43,452 nucleotides of DNA, taken from positions 1 to 43,452 of the forward strand of contig JBJKRW010000020.1 of assembly GCA_046704445.1 (NCBI GenBank). The letters are read 5' to 3'. This document shows, one piece after another, positions 16,418-25,936 of this stretch; within the stretch, counting starts at the first letter, position 1; each line of letters begins with the position of its first letter. The translations under genes were made by a program, and so were the position numbers. The notes below the pieces were generated by a model. That model did no database searches. It saw only the letters and a program-made list of their open reading frames with translations, and was not told where the DNA came from. The DNA is from Microgenomates group bacterium (GTDB lineage: Bacteria > Patescibacteriota > Microgenomatia > UBA1406 > GWC2-37-13).

Positions 16418-17821
16418 TTATAGACCGTTTCTGTAGATTACTGCGACCGGGTCACGGTATACTTCCTTCCAATGATATTTGCCGGAGTGCTGTTTGAGAA
16501 ATAAATCGAGAAATGTTCCCGAGCCGATTAAAAGATAGTCGGTATTCAGATTCCGCAAAGATTCATTCCATCCGGGTTTAGTCTGAATAATGCCAAGATA
16601 GTCATTGTATGGACTGTTTCCGTTTTGATCTTTCCAGGCTGGCATTCTTCCGTCAACATATACCCGGATGTTCGGCTTCTGCCATTCGAGAAATCCGCCC
16701 CATTCGTAATTTGCATACACGTTTCCCGACAGACTCGGGTAATTCCGTATTGCTTTGCATGGAAGAGGAAGAACGCTTTGTGAGCAATAGATGTTCCATT
16801 CAGTATCAAAAGAATATGTTCTGGGAAGTTGCACCAGGCCGACAAAGAGGGTGAATACTCCGAGAAAAGGAATTAGGAGAGACCCGGCCAGTTCAGGCAT
16901 ACGGTCGGATTCATATGTTAAGGTATAAAATATGACGACATAAAAAAAAGGCAGATTTCTTTTTCCTATCAAAGCGAGTATCCCGAAACATACGACGAGC
17001 AATAATGCATACAATGAAAAAGGTTTTCTTATAAACTCGCGAATTACCGCCGCCGATCCCAACGCGAGGATTAAAACCATCTGCCAGGTGTTTGGTGTAG
17101 TCCATTCCGCAATCATGGACCATAGGGGAGTAGTGACATGGTTCAGGATTTCGGCATACACGCGAACGCCAAAAGGATTAACCAAAGATGCGAGAACGGT
17201 AAGTGCGAACGAAGCACATGCCAAAAGCAAGGGCCGAAAGCTATGACGTTTTGCCGTAAACGTATTCCAGGCTTCCGAGAATACATACAATAATAGTATG
17301 ATGAGCCCGACGAAAAATCCTATATGCGTGTTGACCCAGATGGTCATAAGGGGAATAAACAGGAACAATAGAAGTCTATTTTTTTTGGATTTTTCTATGA
17401 CAAGAAGAGAAGCAAGAAAAAACATAAACGTAAAAATCTGAGAGCGGAGGCCAAGATTGAATACGGTCCAGGAAAGATAAAAGAGCATGATGAACGTGAT
17501 AATTTTTACATATGTCCGGGTTTTCAGGAGAATAAAATAAAAAGCTGCGGAGAGTGCGAAAATCAGAGAACCGAATATGCTGACTCCGGTTAATCCGGAT
17601 ATGTCGTATACGGAAGCAAGCGCGGCATCATACAAAAAATGGGGGTTATATGAACGGTAATGCGCAAGGAAGTAAGAGAATGTGTTTGTTACGCAGCCTG
17701 AGCCGGATTTCAGCAGTTCGTTTCCGCATCTGTAGTGCCAACCGAAGTCCGTATCCTTGACCGGAAGGAATGCCATAAGAAGAACCGCCGCTAGAAAGAG
17801 TAAGAGCAGGAATCTTTTCAT
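16418..17821 (-). CDS. Polytopic membrane protein, GT-C-like putative glycosyltransferase, with a C-terminal soluble domain
   Basis: 467 aa with at least 10 hydrophobic helices followed by a hydrophilic domain of about 130 aa. I recognise no specific family signature. Confidence 0.4.
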   Translation of the reverse strand: MKRFLLLLFLAAVLLMAFLPVKDTDFGWHYRCGNELLKSGSGCVTNTFSYFLAHYRSYNPHFLYDAALASVYDISGLTGVSIFGSLIFALSAAFYFILLKTRTYVKIITFIMLFYLSWTVFNLGLRSQIFTFMFFLASLLVIEKSKKNRLLLFLFIPLMTIWVNTHIGFFVGLIILLLYVFSEAWNTFTAKRHSFRPLLLACASFALTVLASLVNPFGVRVYAEILNHVTTPLWSMIAEWTTPNTWQMVLILALGSAAVIREFIRKPFSLYALLLVVCFGILALIGKRNLPFFYVVIFYTLTYESDRMPELAGSLLIPFLGVFTLFVGLVQLPRTYSFDTEWNIYCSQSVLPLPCKAIRNYPSLSGNVYANYEWGGFLEWQKPNIRVYVDGRMPAWKDQNGNSPYNDYLGIIQTKPGWNESLRNLNTDYLLIGSGTFLDLFLKQHSGKYHWKEVYRDPVAVIYRNGL

Positions 17822-17841
17822 AGTAATATATTAGTACAGAT
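17822..17841. promoter_or_regulatory. 20-nt divergent spacer made of overlapping -10-like boxes
   Basis: The plus strand reads agTAATATATTAGtacagat. On the minus strand TAATAT lies 6 nt before the ATG at 17821. On the plus strand TATATT lies 9 nt before the ATG at 17842. Confidence 0.35.
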
Positions 17842-19683
17842 ATGATTACATTATTATCAAGATTAAAGCGTGATGTATTATATTTAATTATCCTCTTTGG
17901 GGTACTTGTTCTTTTTTTCAGCAGAATTCTTTTTTCCGGAAATATATTTCTTCCGGGAGTTTATTTGAGAAGTGACACATTGCATCAGAATTTACCGTTC
18001 AAATACGAGCTATACCGCAGTCTGAAAAAGGGAACTTTTCCTTTTTGGACGAATTCTATTTACGGAGGATTCCCTCTTTTTGCCGAAGGAGAAACGGGAG
18101 TTCTGTACCCGTACAACCTGATTCCCTTCCTTTTTTTTCCTTTTGTTGTCGCATACAATCTTTCCATGTTCTTGAATTTTCTTACTGCCGCAGTCGGGAT
18201 GTTTTATCTTATGAGGAGTTTCGGTACGGGACGAATTGCGGCAACAATTACCGGAATCCTGTTTCCCCTTTCCAGTTTTTTCGTTCTCCATATTACCCAT
18301 CAGAATATTGTTTCCGCCGCATGCTGGTTTCCACTTCTCGTGTTGTTTGTTAATATTTATGTCAGGCGAAAGCTTTTCAGGTTTGCGCTTCTTTCAGCAT
18401 GCATTGTGTCGATTCAGATATTCGCGGGTTCTTTTCAAATAGTGTTTTATTCCCTGCTTATGGGTTCAATACTGATTGTATTGCTTAATGTAGGGACGCA
18501 TAAAATCGGCAGCATATTGGCGAGGATTTCAAAAATAACGGTTTTGGGATTTCTTCTTTCCTCGGTTCAGTTTATTCCAACGCTCATGTATTATTTTTCC
18601 TCCGCGCGTTTTTCAGGCATGGGGAACATCGCCCTTGATTCTTTGCCTTATTATCCCAGAAATCTGATTGCGTTTTTATTTCCCTATGTGTTCGGTGATC
18701 CGGGAGCCGGTACGTATCCTCATTTCGGAGGATCATGGGGGATGTTTTGGGAAAATACGGGATATCTGGGAATTGTTGCCTTGTGTGTTGCGTTTTGGTC
18801 ATTGGCGATAATCCGTGAAAAAAAAGAGATTGGCCGTATTTGGATTCTGGTGGTTACGGCAGTGCTCTTTACTCTCGGAAAATACGGACCGCTGTTCTGG
18901 ATTTATTACTTTCCGCCGTTTAATTTATTCAGGGTAACCGGAAGGTTCCTGTTGTTCGTGATTTTCGGATTGGCTATATTGGCCGGATTCACAATTGATT
19001 ACTGGAATTCACATATGAGGAAGAATCTTGTACGATTGATTGCTTTATCTGGACTTGGTACGATACTGATTGCGGATCTTTTTTTATTCGGATTTTCCTA
19101 CAATCCGACGGTTCGGGCAAGCGACGTATTATCTCCTCCGGACATGGCAAAATTTCTTCTCGGTATTCATCCGAAAGGAAACATATTTTCGGTTGCCGAT
19201 TTTCTGACGTACGACCTGATTAATGCAAACGGGTGGCGCAACAATCTTTCGGCAAACTTGTTTCACCGGAATTCGCTCGGACCGGATGTCAATATGCTGT
19301 GGGGGATAAGAGACCTGGACGGATACAGCGGTTTATACCCTCAATCCGCGCAGGCGTTGCGTGAGCGTATCTATCGGGGAATGACCGTGAAAAAAAACAA
19401 AATAATCATATCCGACCAGACTCTTAAACTGCTGGGTCAAAAACATACGCAATTCCTAATTTCAGGGTTTGTGCTTCAGGGAGCAGGTTTGAAGGAAAGA
19501 TATGAAGTAAGCAACGGTTCGTATACATACATTCTGTATGACAATCCGTATTTTCAGGAAAGCGGGAGATCCGGTTCTTATAATTTTATTCCTTTTTTTC
19601 TCGGCCTTGGGATAACATTTTCTACGATTTTGGCAATTGCCGTACGGAAGAGAAATATTTTAGTTGGGTTTTTTGACCGATAA
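17842..19683 (+). CDS. YfhO-like polytopic membrane protein (putative GT-C glycosyltransferase)
   Basis: 613 aa with many TM helices. The N-terminal region [36 protein letters not shown]...GVLYPYN resembles the YfhO family. Confidence 0.45.
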   Translation: MITLLSRLKRDVLYLIILFGVLVLFFSRILFSGNIFLPGVYLRSDTLHQNLPFKYELYRSLKKGTFPFWTNSIYGGFPLFAEGETGVLYPYNLIPFLFFPFVVAYNLSMFLNFLTAAVGMFYLMRSFGTGRIAATITGILFPLSSFFVLHITHQNIVSAACWFPLLVLFVNIYVRRKLFRFALLSACIVSIQIFAGSFQIVFYSLLMGSILIVLLNVGTHKIGSILARISKITVLGFLLSSVQFIPTLMYYFSSARFSGMGNIALDSLPYYPRNLIAFLFPYVFGDPGAGTYPHFGGSWGMFWENTGYLGIVALCVAFWSLAIIREKKEIGRIWILVVTAVLFTLGKYGPLFWIYYFPPFNLFRVTGRFLLFVIFGLAILAGFTIDYWNSHMRKNLVRLIALSGLGTILIADLFLFGFSYNPTVRASDVLSPPDMAKFLLGIHPKGNIFSVADFLTYDLINANGWRNNLSANLFHRNSLGPDVNMLWGIRDLDGYSGLYPQSAQALRERIYRGMTVKKNKIIISDQTLKLLGQKHTQFLISGFVLQGAGLKERYEVSNGSYTYILYDNPYFQESGRSGSYNFIPFFLGLGITFSTILAIAVRKRNILVGFFDR

Positions 19684-21807
19684 CTGAATCTTATTCTGTT
19701 TGAAATCAACGACGACGGTGTCTCCCGGCTTAATTCTTCCTTCGATGATCTGCAGAGAAATCTCATCTACAATATTTTCGTTTATGACTCGTTTCAGAGG
19801 TCTTGCTCCATATATTTCATCAAATCCCGCGACACTCAGAAATTTGATTACGGCGCTTGTTGCTTCAAAATGAAGGTTTTGTTTTTTGAGGCGGTGTGCT
19901 ACGTCATCCAGCTGGATTTTTGTTATCTGTGCGATCATGTCCGGATTCAAAGCATGAAAAATAATGATAGAATCGAATCGATTCACGAATTCCGGTTTGA
20001 AGAATTTTTTTACCAGTTCATTGACTTTTTGTTCACGCGCTTTTCCGTCTTCTTTCGGCTGAGTTTTGAAAAGTTCGCTGCCGAGGTTGGAGGTAAAGAT
20101 GATAATTGTGTTCTTAAAATTGACGGTACGTCCTCTTCCGTCGGTCAGCCGTCCGTCGTCGAGTATTTGGAGGAATACGTTAAATATCTGCGGGTGTGCC
20201 TTCTCGACTTCGTCAAACAAGACAACGGAGTAGGGCTTTCTCCGTACCGCTTCCGTCAGTTGGCCTCCTTCTTCAAATCCGACGTACCCCGGCGGCGCTC
20301 CGATCAGGCGGGCGACCGAATGGGATTCCTGATATTCGCTCAAATCAATACGGATCAGGGCGCGTTCGTCGTTGAACAGAGTATAAGCGAGCGCCTTGGC
20401 GGTTTCGGTTTTTCCGACACCCGTCGGTCCGAGAAAAAGAAACGACCCGATCGGTTTATTTTCTTCCGACAACCCCGACCGTGAACGTCTGATTGCATTT
20501 GCGATTTTCACCAGCGCATGGTGTTGGCCCACAACTCTCTGCTCGAGTTCGTTTTCCAGATGGACGAGTTTTTCGGATTCCGACGACAGAAGACGGGTAA
20601 CCGGAATACCTGTCCAGCGTGAGACTATCCGGGCGATGTCCTCTTCGGAAACTTCTTCTTTGAGAAGTTTGCTGTCGGATGCGATTGACTTCCATTTTGA
20701 TTCGACTTCCTTCAATTTTTTCTCTATCTCGGGAATTTTTCCGTATTTGAGTTCTGCTGCGCGGTCAAGTAATACGTCACGTTCTGCCTTTTCAAGTTCA
20801 TTCTTCAGTCTGTCGCGTTCCACACGGTACTTCTGAAGTTCTTTGACAATCTGTTTCTGTTCCATCCACCGTTTTTCCAGACGGTCGAATCTTTCCTTGA
20901 GAGTTTTGCGTTCGTCATCCAGGGTTTTTTTTCTGGTCTCAAGCCCTTTTTCTTTTTTCAGCGCTGCAAGTTCGATATCAAGCTGCATGATTCTGCGTTT
21001 TACCTGATCAAGGTCCGTAGGCATGGATTCCACTTCAATTTTTGCCGATGCCGCGGCTTCGTCAATAAGGTCGATCGCTTTGTCCGGCAGATAACGGTCG
21101 GTAATATAGCGGACCGAGAGATTAACCGCCGCGATCAGCGCATCGTCGGATATTTTTATTCCGTGATGTACTTCGTATTTTTCCTTGATCCCTCGGAGTA
21201 TGGCGATAGAATCTTCAATTGAAGGTTCGTCAATATATACAGGTTGAAATCTTCGTTCGAGAGCTGCATCTTTTTCGATGAATTGCCGGTATTCGTGCAC
21301 CGTGGTCGCGCCGATCGCGTGCAATACGCCGCGCGCCAGTGCAGGTTTCAACATATTGGACGCATCAACTGCCCCTTCGGCCGCACCTGCGCCGACTATG
21401 GTGTGAAGCTCGTCCATAAACAGGACGTATTTGCCTTCGGCTTTTTCCACCGATACAAGAATTTTTTTCAAGCGCTGTTCAAACTCTCCGCGGAAAGCCG
21501 CTCCCGCCAGGATGCCCGCAAGATCCAGAACCAAAATCTGTTTATTTCTCAGGGTATCAGGTACGTCGCCATCCACAATGCGTTGAGCCAAACCTTCGAC
21601 AATTGCGGTTTTTCCCACACCCGGATCACCCAAGAGCACGGGGTTATTTTTTGTTCTTCGTGAAAGGATTTGGATAACCCGGCGGATTTCTTCATCCCTT
21701 CCGATAACCGGGTCGATCTTTCCTTCCTTTGCCTGTTTTGTCAGGTTGACCGTATACTTTTCCAACGGATCTCCCTGATCTTCAGGCGGTTGATAATTCA
21801 TCTGCAT
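19660..21807 (-). CDS. clpB: ClpB-type AAA+ disaggregase lacking the N-terminal domain
   Basis: Two AAA+ modules ([18 protein letters not shown]) and a long middle coiled coil between them. The alignment to ClpB begins at [29 protein letters not shown], residue 15. Only 67 nt separate it from yidD, which leaves no room for an N-domain. Confidence 0.9.
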   Translation of the reverse strand: MQMNYQPPEDQGDPLEKYTVNLTKQAKEGKIDPVIGRDEEIRRVIQILSRRTKNNPVLLGDPGVGKTAIVEGLAQRIVDGDVPDTLRNKQILVLDLAGILAGAAFRGEFEQRLKKILVSVEKAEGKYVLFMDELHTIVGAGAAEGAVDASNMLKPALARGVLHAIGATTVHEYRQFIEKDAALERRFQPVYIDEPSIEDSIAILRGIKEKYEVHHGIKISDDALIAAVNLSVRYITDRYLPDKAIDLIDEAAASAKIEVESMPTDLDQVKRRIMQLDIELAALKKEKGLETRKKTLDDERKTLKERFDRLEKRWMEQKQIVKELQKYRVERDRLKNELEKAERDVLLDRAAELKYGKIPEIEKKLKEVESKWKSIASDSKLLKEEVSEEDIARIVSRWTGIPVTRLLSSESEKLVHLENELEQRVVGQHHALVKIANAIRRSRSGLSEENKPIGSFLFLGPTGVGKTETAKALAYTLFNDERALIRIDLSEYQESHSVARLIGAPPGYVGFEEGGQLTEAVRRKPYSVVLFDEVEKAHPQIFNVFLQILDDGRLTDGRGRTVNFKNTIIIFTSNLGSELFKTQPKEDGKAREQKVNELVKKFFKPEFVNRFDSIIIFHALNPDMIAQITKIQLDDVAHRLKKQNLHFEATSAVIKFLSVAGFDEIYGARPLKRVINENIVDEISLQIIEGRIKPGDTVVVDFKQNKIQLSVKKPN

Positions 21808-21816
21808 AGGTTTATT

Positions 21817-21843
21817 TTAGCAAACAAGTAATTTGAGTGCTAA
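21817..21843 (-). promoter_or_regulatory. CIRCE-like inverted repeat, a putative HrcA operator, in the clpB leader
   Basis: The clpB sense strand reads TTAGCACTC-aaattactt-GTTTGCTAA, against the consensus TTAGCACTC-N9-GAGTGCTAA. One arm is perfect and the other has 2 mismatches. It starts about 6 nt after the -10 box. Confidence 0.65.
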
Positions 21844-21848
21844 TCCAT

Positions 21849-21878
21849 ATTATAATACCGGAGGACTATAAAAATCAA
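21849..21878 (-). promoter_or_regulatory. clpB promoter: TTGATT-N18-TATAAT
   Basis: On the minus strand the -10 TATAAT is at 21849-21854 and the -35-like TTGATT is at 21873-21878, overlapping the yidD stop codon. Confidence 0.5.
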
Positions 21879-22114
21879 GGGACAGGATCATATCCTCCTT
21901 TGTTCCAGGGATGGCAGCGTACTATTCGTCTTAAACCAAGGAGTAAACCCTTTACGGCACCGTATTTTTCAACCGTCAGGTAGGTATAGCGGGAGCAGGT
22001 CGGCGTGAACCTGCAAATCTTATCCGTCATAAAGAACATCCGGAATATATATCCATGGAAAAAAGAAGTTTTCTGATAGAAGGTTATAAATCTTAAAATG
22101 GCTTTTTTAACCAT
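21875..22114 (-). CDS. yidD: Membrane protein insertion efficiency factor YidD
   Basis: 79 aa with [11 protein letters not shown]...[25 protein letters not shown]. Confidence 0.9.
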   Translation of the reverse strand: MVKKAILRFITFYQKTSFFHGYIFRMFFMTDKICRFTPTCSRYTYLTVEKYGAVKGLLLGLRRIVRCHPWNKGGYDPVP

Positions 22115-22138
22115 GGATTGCTATAATTTGATTAATAT

Positions 22139-22546
22139 ATGATCGGATTGCTCTACGTAATTATAGCCGAATTCCTTTGGGGATGGGAATTCATACTCAT
22201 CCGCAAATTTTTTCCCAACCAGAACCCGGTATTCATCTCCGCTGTCACGTCGCTTATCGGTTCCGCGTTTTATCTTCCCGCATTTGTTTTTTTGAGGCAG
22301 AAATTGACTGTAACCGAATGGATCGTTCTGGTCGTATTGGGAGTAAGTTCCTGGTTTCTGGCGCAGGTATTCTATGTGAGCGGGATACAGAAAGGTACGA
22401 GTGCGTTTGCGCTTGCAATGGCTTCCTTGACCTTACCTCTTACCGCAGGATTTCTCGGAAGAATTATATTAAAAGAGCCGATGACCTGGAGAATGATTAT
22501 CGGTGGAGGAACCATGATGGTTGGTTTTGTAATTTTGTCTACCTAA
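22139..22546 (+). CDS. Single-EamA-domain (half-size DMT) transporter
   Basis: 135 aa with 4 TM helices. The start LLYVIIAEFLWGWEFILIRK and the C-terminal end IIGGGTMMVGFVIL are typical of an EamA repeat. Confidence 0.6.
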   Translation: MIGLLYVIIAEFLWGWEFILIRKFFPNQNPVFISAVTSLIGSAFYLPAFVFLRQKLTVTEWIVLVVLGVSSWFLAQVFYVSGIQKGTSAFALAMASLTLPLTAGFLGRIILKEPMTWRMIIGGGTMMVGFVILST

Positions 22547-22551
22547 CGCGT

Positions 22552-23337
22552 ATGCCAAAAGCCATAAGAAAAATAACGATTATTACTCTTTTTCCTCAAA
22601 TGATCAGGGGTTTTTTTGATGAGAGCATTGTCAAGCGGGCAGTCGACAAAAAGCTGGTGGATCTGGAATACATTAATCTTCGTGACTACGCGGTAGACAG
22701 ATACGGATCGGTGGACGACCGTCCGTATGGCGGAGGAGCGGGAATGGTTTTGAGAATGGAACCGTTGTACCGCGCATTAAAAGACGCAATAAAATCAGAC
22801 GGACAAAGCAGGTTCAAAAGAAAGACGGTACTTACGTCGGCAAAAGGAAAATTGTTCACCCAAAAAAAAGCCTTTCAGTATTCCAGACTTGATCACCTGG
22901 TATTGATTTGCGGGCACTACGAAGGAGTGGATGAGCGGATTAATAAGTATATCGACGAAGAAATATCTCTTGGTGATTTTGTTATGACCGGCGGGGAAAT
23001 TACCGCGTCCGCAATTACCGATGCGGTCGTGCGTCTGGTTCCCGGCGTGTTAAAAAAAGATGCGGCTACCAAACTGGAAAGTTTTTTCGAAATTGACGTA
23101 TCCCGTTTGATTGCTCTTCTGGGAAAAAAAGGAATTTTGGTAACTCTGCAGAATCAAGGAGTCAAGAAAGTTAAGCTTTTGGAATATCCCCAGTACACGA
23201 GGCCTGAAGTGTTCAGAAAGGAACGCGTTCCCCGCGAATTATTAACCGGAAACCATAAGCATATTGAAGAATGGAGAATCAGAAAATCCTTTGAGCTTAC
23301 TCTCAAGAAAAGAAAAGATTTGATTAAGGGTAAATAA
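22552..23337 (+). CDS. trmD: tRNA (guanine37-N1)-methyltransferase
   Basis: ITIITLFPQM, DDRPYGGGAGMVL, ICGHYEGVDERI, EISLGDFVMTGGE, LEYPQYTRP. The true start is the ATG at 22552, inside the tracked ORF 22177..23337. Confidence 0.9.
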   Translation: MPKAIRKITIITLFPQMIRGFFDESIVKRAVDKKLVDLEYINLRDYAVDRYGSVDDRPYGGGAGMVLRMEPLYRALKDAIKSDGQSRFKRKTVLTSAKGKLFTQKKAFQYSRLDHLVLICGHYEGVDERINKYIDEEISLGDFVMTGGEITASAITDAVVRLVPGVLKKDAATKLESFFEIDVSRLIALLGKKGILVTLQNQGVKKVKLLEYPQYTRPEVFRKERVPRELLTGNHKHIEEWRIRKSFELTLKKRKDLIKGK

Positions 23338-23344
23338 TCTTTGA

Positions 23345-23373
23345 TTGACAACGGCATAAAATACTTTTACAAT
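23345..23373 (+). promoter_or_regulatory. Consensus sigma70 promoter TTGACA-N17-TACAAT upstream of the SOD gene
   Basis: Read directly: TTGACA at 23345-23350, a 17-nt spacer, TACAAT at 23368-23373. The leader to the ATG at 23434 is about 55 nt. Confidence 0.6.
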
Positions 23374-23433
23374 TAATTATTACTGTATAAGTAATAGTTA
23401 TACGTTGTTCCCGAAAGGGAATTATATAATCCT

Positions 23434-24042
23434 ATGAATTTTATCAAGCTAAACGCAAAAACTTTTTCCCAAACCATTTACGGCATGAACGGTATATCAA
23501 AGAAAACCGTTGAGGAACACTTGAAACTGTACAACGGATATGTAAACAAGTATAACGAGGTTATGGAGCGGTTGACAAAGTTAACCGATGAAGATTATGC
23601 AAAGGCAAATCAAACCTATTCAATGCTGCGGGCATTGAAAGTGGACCTGACTTTTGCGTGGGGAGGTGTGGTAAACCACGAGCTGTACTTCGGTCATCTT
23701 GGAGGAAAAGGCGGTGAACCCGCGGGAGAGTTCATGACACAGATAAAAAAAGATTTCGGGACGTTTGAAACTTTCAAAAGAGATATGAAAGCAACAGGCG
23801 TCGCGGCGCGGGGATGGGTGTGGACCGCGTGGAATCACAGGGAACAACGGCTTTTTAATTATCTGGGAGACGCCCAAAATTCATATCCGGTATGGGAGGC
23901 AACTCCTGTGGTTGCGCTGGATACGTACGAGCATGCCTATTTTATCGATTACGGCGCCGCACGCGGAGGATATATTGATGCTTTTTTTCAGAATATGGAT
24001 TGGGGCGTTGTGGAAAAAACTTTTGCTTCATTGAAAAAATAA
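23434..24042 (+). CDS. Fe/Mn-family superoxide dismutase
   Basis: The C-terminal block VALDTYEHAYFIDYGAARGGYIDAFFQNMDW matches the D-x-W-E-H-A-Y-Y...NW signature region. The N-terminal helical domain has EEHLKLYNGYV. Confidence 0.8.
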   Translation: MNFIKLNAKTFSQTIYGMNGISKKTVEEHLKLYNGYVNKYNEVMERLTKLTDEDYAKANQTYSMLRALKVDLTFAWGGVVNHELYFGHLGGKGGEPAGEFMTQIKKDFGTFETFKRDMKATGVAARGWVWTAWNHREQRLFNYLGDAQNSYPVWEATPVVALDTYEHAYFIDYGAARGGYIDAFFQNMDWGVVEKTFASLKK

Positions 24043-24108
24043 ATGCCGTCGGGCGGCAGCATGTCCTGATGATTGAACAGGCAGGAGAAACTGTGTATAG
24101 TGTAGATA

Positions 24109-25869
24109 ATGGAGGAAAATCAGTCGCCGGATTTTAAATTACAATTGAGATCATTTCTTCTTGACCAAAAAAACAGAAGACTCATTATTCTTGCCGTATC
24201 TACGATATTTTTGTTTATTGTCGCGGGAATAGTCATGTTTTCCGCGCTCGGCAAGAGTCCCGTACCGCCACAAAATAAAACGGAATCATCTTTTCAACCT
24301 GCATCTGCGTTAAGTCCTACCCTGAAGCCTGTCGATACGGGAGAAAAAATTTCCGGTTTGGGGTACAGTATCGATTGTCAGGTAATTGCAACAACAACAG
24401 AAAGAAAGTTATACATTCAAAAACTTCCGTCATGTAATCAGGCATTGCGCGCGTATATTTCCGCGTCAGGAAAATTTGCCTCATATGTTATCGGAAAGTC
24501 TGTATATGTATATTCACTCGCAAATAACACGATTGCGAATATAGGCTCGTTGCGGTCCGACCCCGTGGATATGACTTTTTTCAGCAATAACTCATTGGGA
24601 ATTCTCTTGAATCAGACGGAATTTGAATATGTCTTTATCCCGTTATTATTCGGGGATTTTCCCGCGAATTTTGATACGAATACCCAGACATTTACCGACT
24701 TGAGCAAGAAGACGGTTCTGGTAAATCTTCCGCCATTGGCAAGTTCTTATGCCCGGTTAGGGGAAAATTCGGGAATTATTCAGGTCGAAGACCGGAACGG
24801 AAAAACACTTTTTACCCTCTCGTTTGATTCGCTTTTGCAACAGCTGACTCCTACTCCCGCTCAGTCAGTCAACCGGTCAAAATTGGATTGGTCGTCAAGA
24901 TTACTGCTCTACACGAGCGGCGTGTTTGAAACCATTGATCCCGACGGCTCCAATTTGGTGACACATCCGATGAATTGCGGAGGAAAAAGCGTAGTTCCCC
25001 TTGATTATTATGACGGTATGTTTGCGCGCTCACCCGACGGTACGCAACTCGCTTTCGTAGTCCCGGATGATAATCAGGCCGCGCAAAACCAGGGGTGGCA
25101 GCAGGAGGTACTTGCTCAAAAAAATGTATTTAGCGACGGTAAAATTGCACTCTATGACCTATTGACCGATTCGTGTACGGTGACCGATGAAAGACAGTCA
25201 TTGAAGTATGCGGAATCCATGGCGTTTTCTCCCAACGGTTTATATCTTGCCCATGTATACAACGGATTGAGTCTTTACGTATTGCAGACTCAACGGGGAT
25301 ATGATGTTACTTCCCACAGATTAAACGACACGGTAAGCCCGTCTTTGATAACCGGTCCGCTTATATGGGATGATTCGAGCAAATTTATATTTATGGCGGT
25401 AACGTCATTTTCCGGAAATCACCCTTTAACGACAAAACTTGACCGGGTGTATTTCAATAAAGTCTTTGAAGGAACAGAAGAAGAAATTGTTACGCTGGAC
25501 GACGTACATACTCTTTATGCCGCCGCTCCCGACGGAAACAGGGTGTTATACGGGAAAGGAGGGAATCTTTATCAGTATTCGATTGATTCTTTTACGAACC
25601 AACTCGTAAAATCCGGAACGGGATCTAATCTGAAAAAATTAGTGTGGCTTCGCAATAACACAATTGTCAGCAATCTGTGGATGATTGATGCGGCCGGAAA
25701 TTCGTATGATCTTCCTCAGTCCTCGGTATTCTACGTGGATTATAACGGGGGAGAATATGCATATGACAGCAAAGGACAAGTACATGTTTATGATCTGTCA
25801 GGACAAAAAGAAATGAGTTCGGCAACTGCGGAAAACCCGCGAGGAACCGTCCTGAATTTATTTTATTGA
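24109..25869 (+). CDS. Membrane-anchored protein with a TolB-like beta-propeller ectodomain
   Basis: N-terminal TM helix (LIILAVSTIFLFIVAGIVMFSAL), a Ser/Pro/Thr linker, and recurring SPDG/SPNG/APDG blade motifs (SPDGTQLAF, SPNGLYLAH, APDGNRVLY). Confidence 0.5.
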   Translation: MEENQSPDFKLQLRSFLLDQKNRRLIILAVSTIFLFIVAGIVMFSALGKSPVPPQNKTESSFQPASALSPTLKPVDTGEKISGLGYSIDCQVIATTTERKLYIQKLPSCNQALRAYISASGKFASYVIGKSVYVYSLANNTIANIGSLRSDPVDMTFFSNNSLGILLNQTEFEYVFIPLLFGDFPANFDTNTQTFTDLSKKTVLVNLPPLASSYARLGENSGIIQVEDRNGKTLFTLSFDSLLQQLTPTPAQSVNRSKLDWSSRLLLYTSGVFETIDPDGSNLVTHPMNCGGKSVVPLDYYDGMFARSPDGTQLAFVVPDDNQAAQNQGWQQEVLAQKNVFSDGKIALYDLLTDSCTVTDERQSLKYAESMAFSPNGLYLAHVYNGLSLYVLQTQRGYDVTSHRLNDTVSPSLITGPLIWDDSSKFIFMAVTSFSGNHPLTTKLDRVYFNKVFEGTEEEIVTLDDVHTLYAAAPDGNRVLYGKGGNLYQYSIDSFTNQLVKSGTGSNLKKLVWLRNNTIVSNLWMIDAAGNSYDLPQSSVFYVDYNGGEYAYDSKGQVHVYDLSGQKEMSSATAENPRGTVLNLFY

Positions 25870-25936
25870 TCCGCTGTGGTTTTTCATATGTTTTCACTCT
25901 TGCGATTCACCGGCGTTTTTGATATACCTGTAGACT

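Noticed and set aside
19870-21663. Long plus-strand ORFs antisense to clpB (204, 146 and 139 aa). Similar antisense ORFs lie opposite fbp (13469..13981), the polyprenyl synthase (3239..3661), era (30761..31219) and DUF2079 (39215..39856).
   Set aside because: Their translations are low-complexity, Arg/Ser/Phe-rich sequences with no motifs, and each lies entirely inside a confidently identified gene on the other strand. They are typical stop-poor antisense frames.
22177-22551. The 386-aa ORF 22177..23337 would add 125 residues to the TrmD N terminus.
   Set aside because: The extension overlaps the EamA-type transporter gene in another frame and has no TrmD similarity. The conserved TrmD N terminus (ITIITLFPQM) starts right after the ATG at 22552.
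23378-23396. The inverted repeat in the SOD leader as a Fur or PerR box.
   Set aside because: The geometry (7-5-7, TATTACT/AGTAATA) does not match the 7-1-7 Fur/PerR consensus (TGATAAT-n-ATTATCA or TTATAAT-n-ATTATAA). I kept it only as a generic operator-like repeat.
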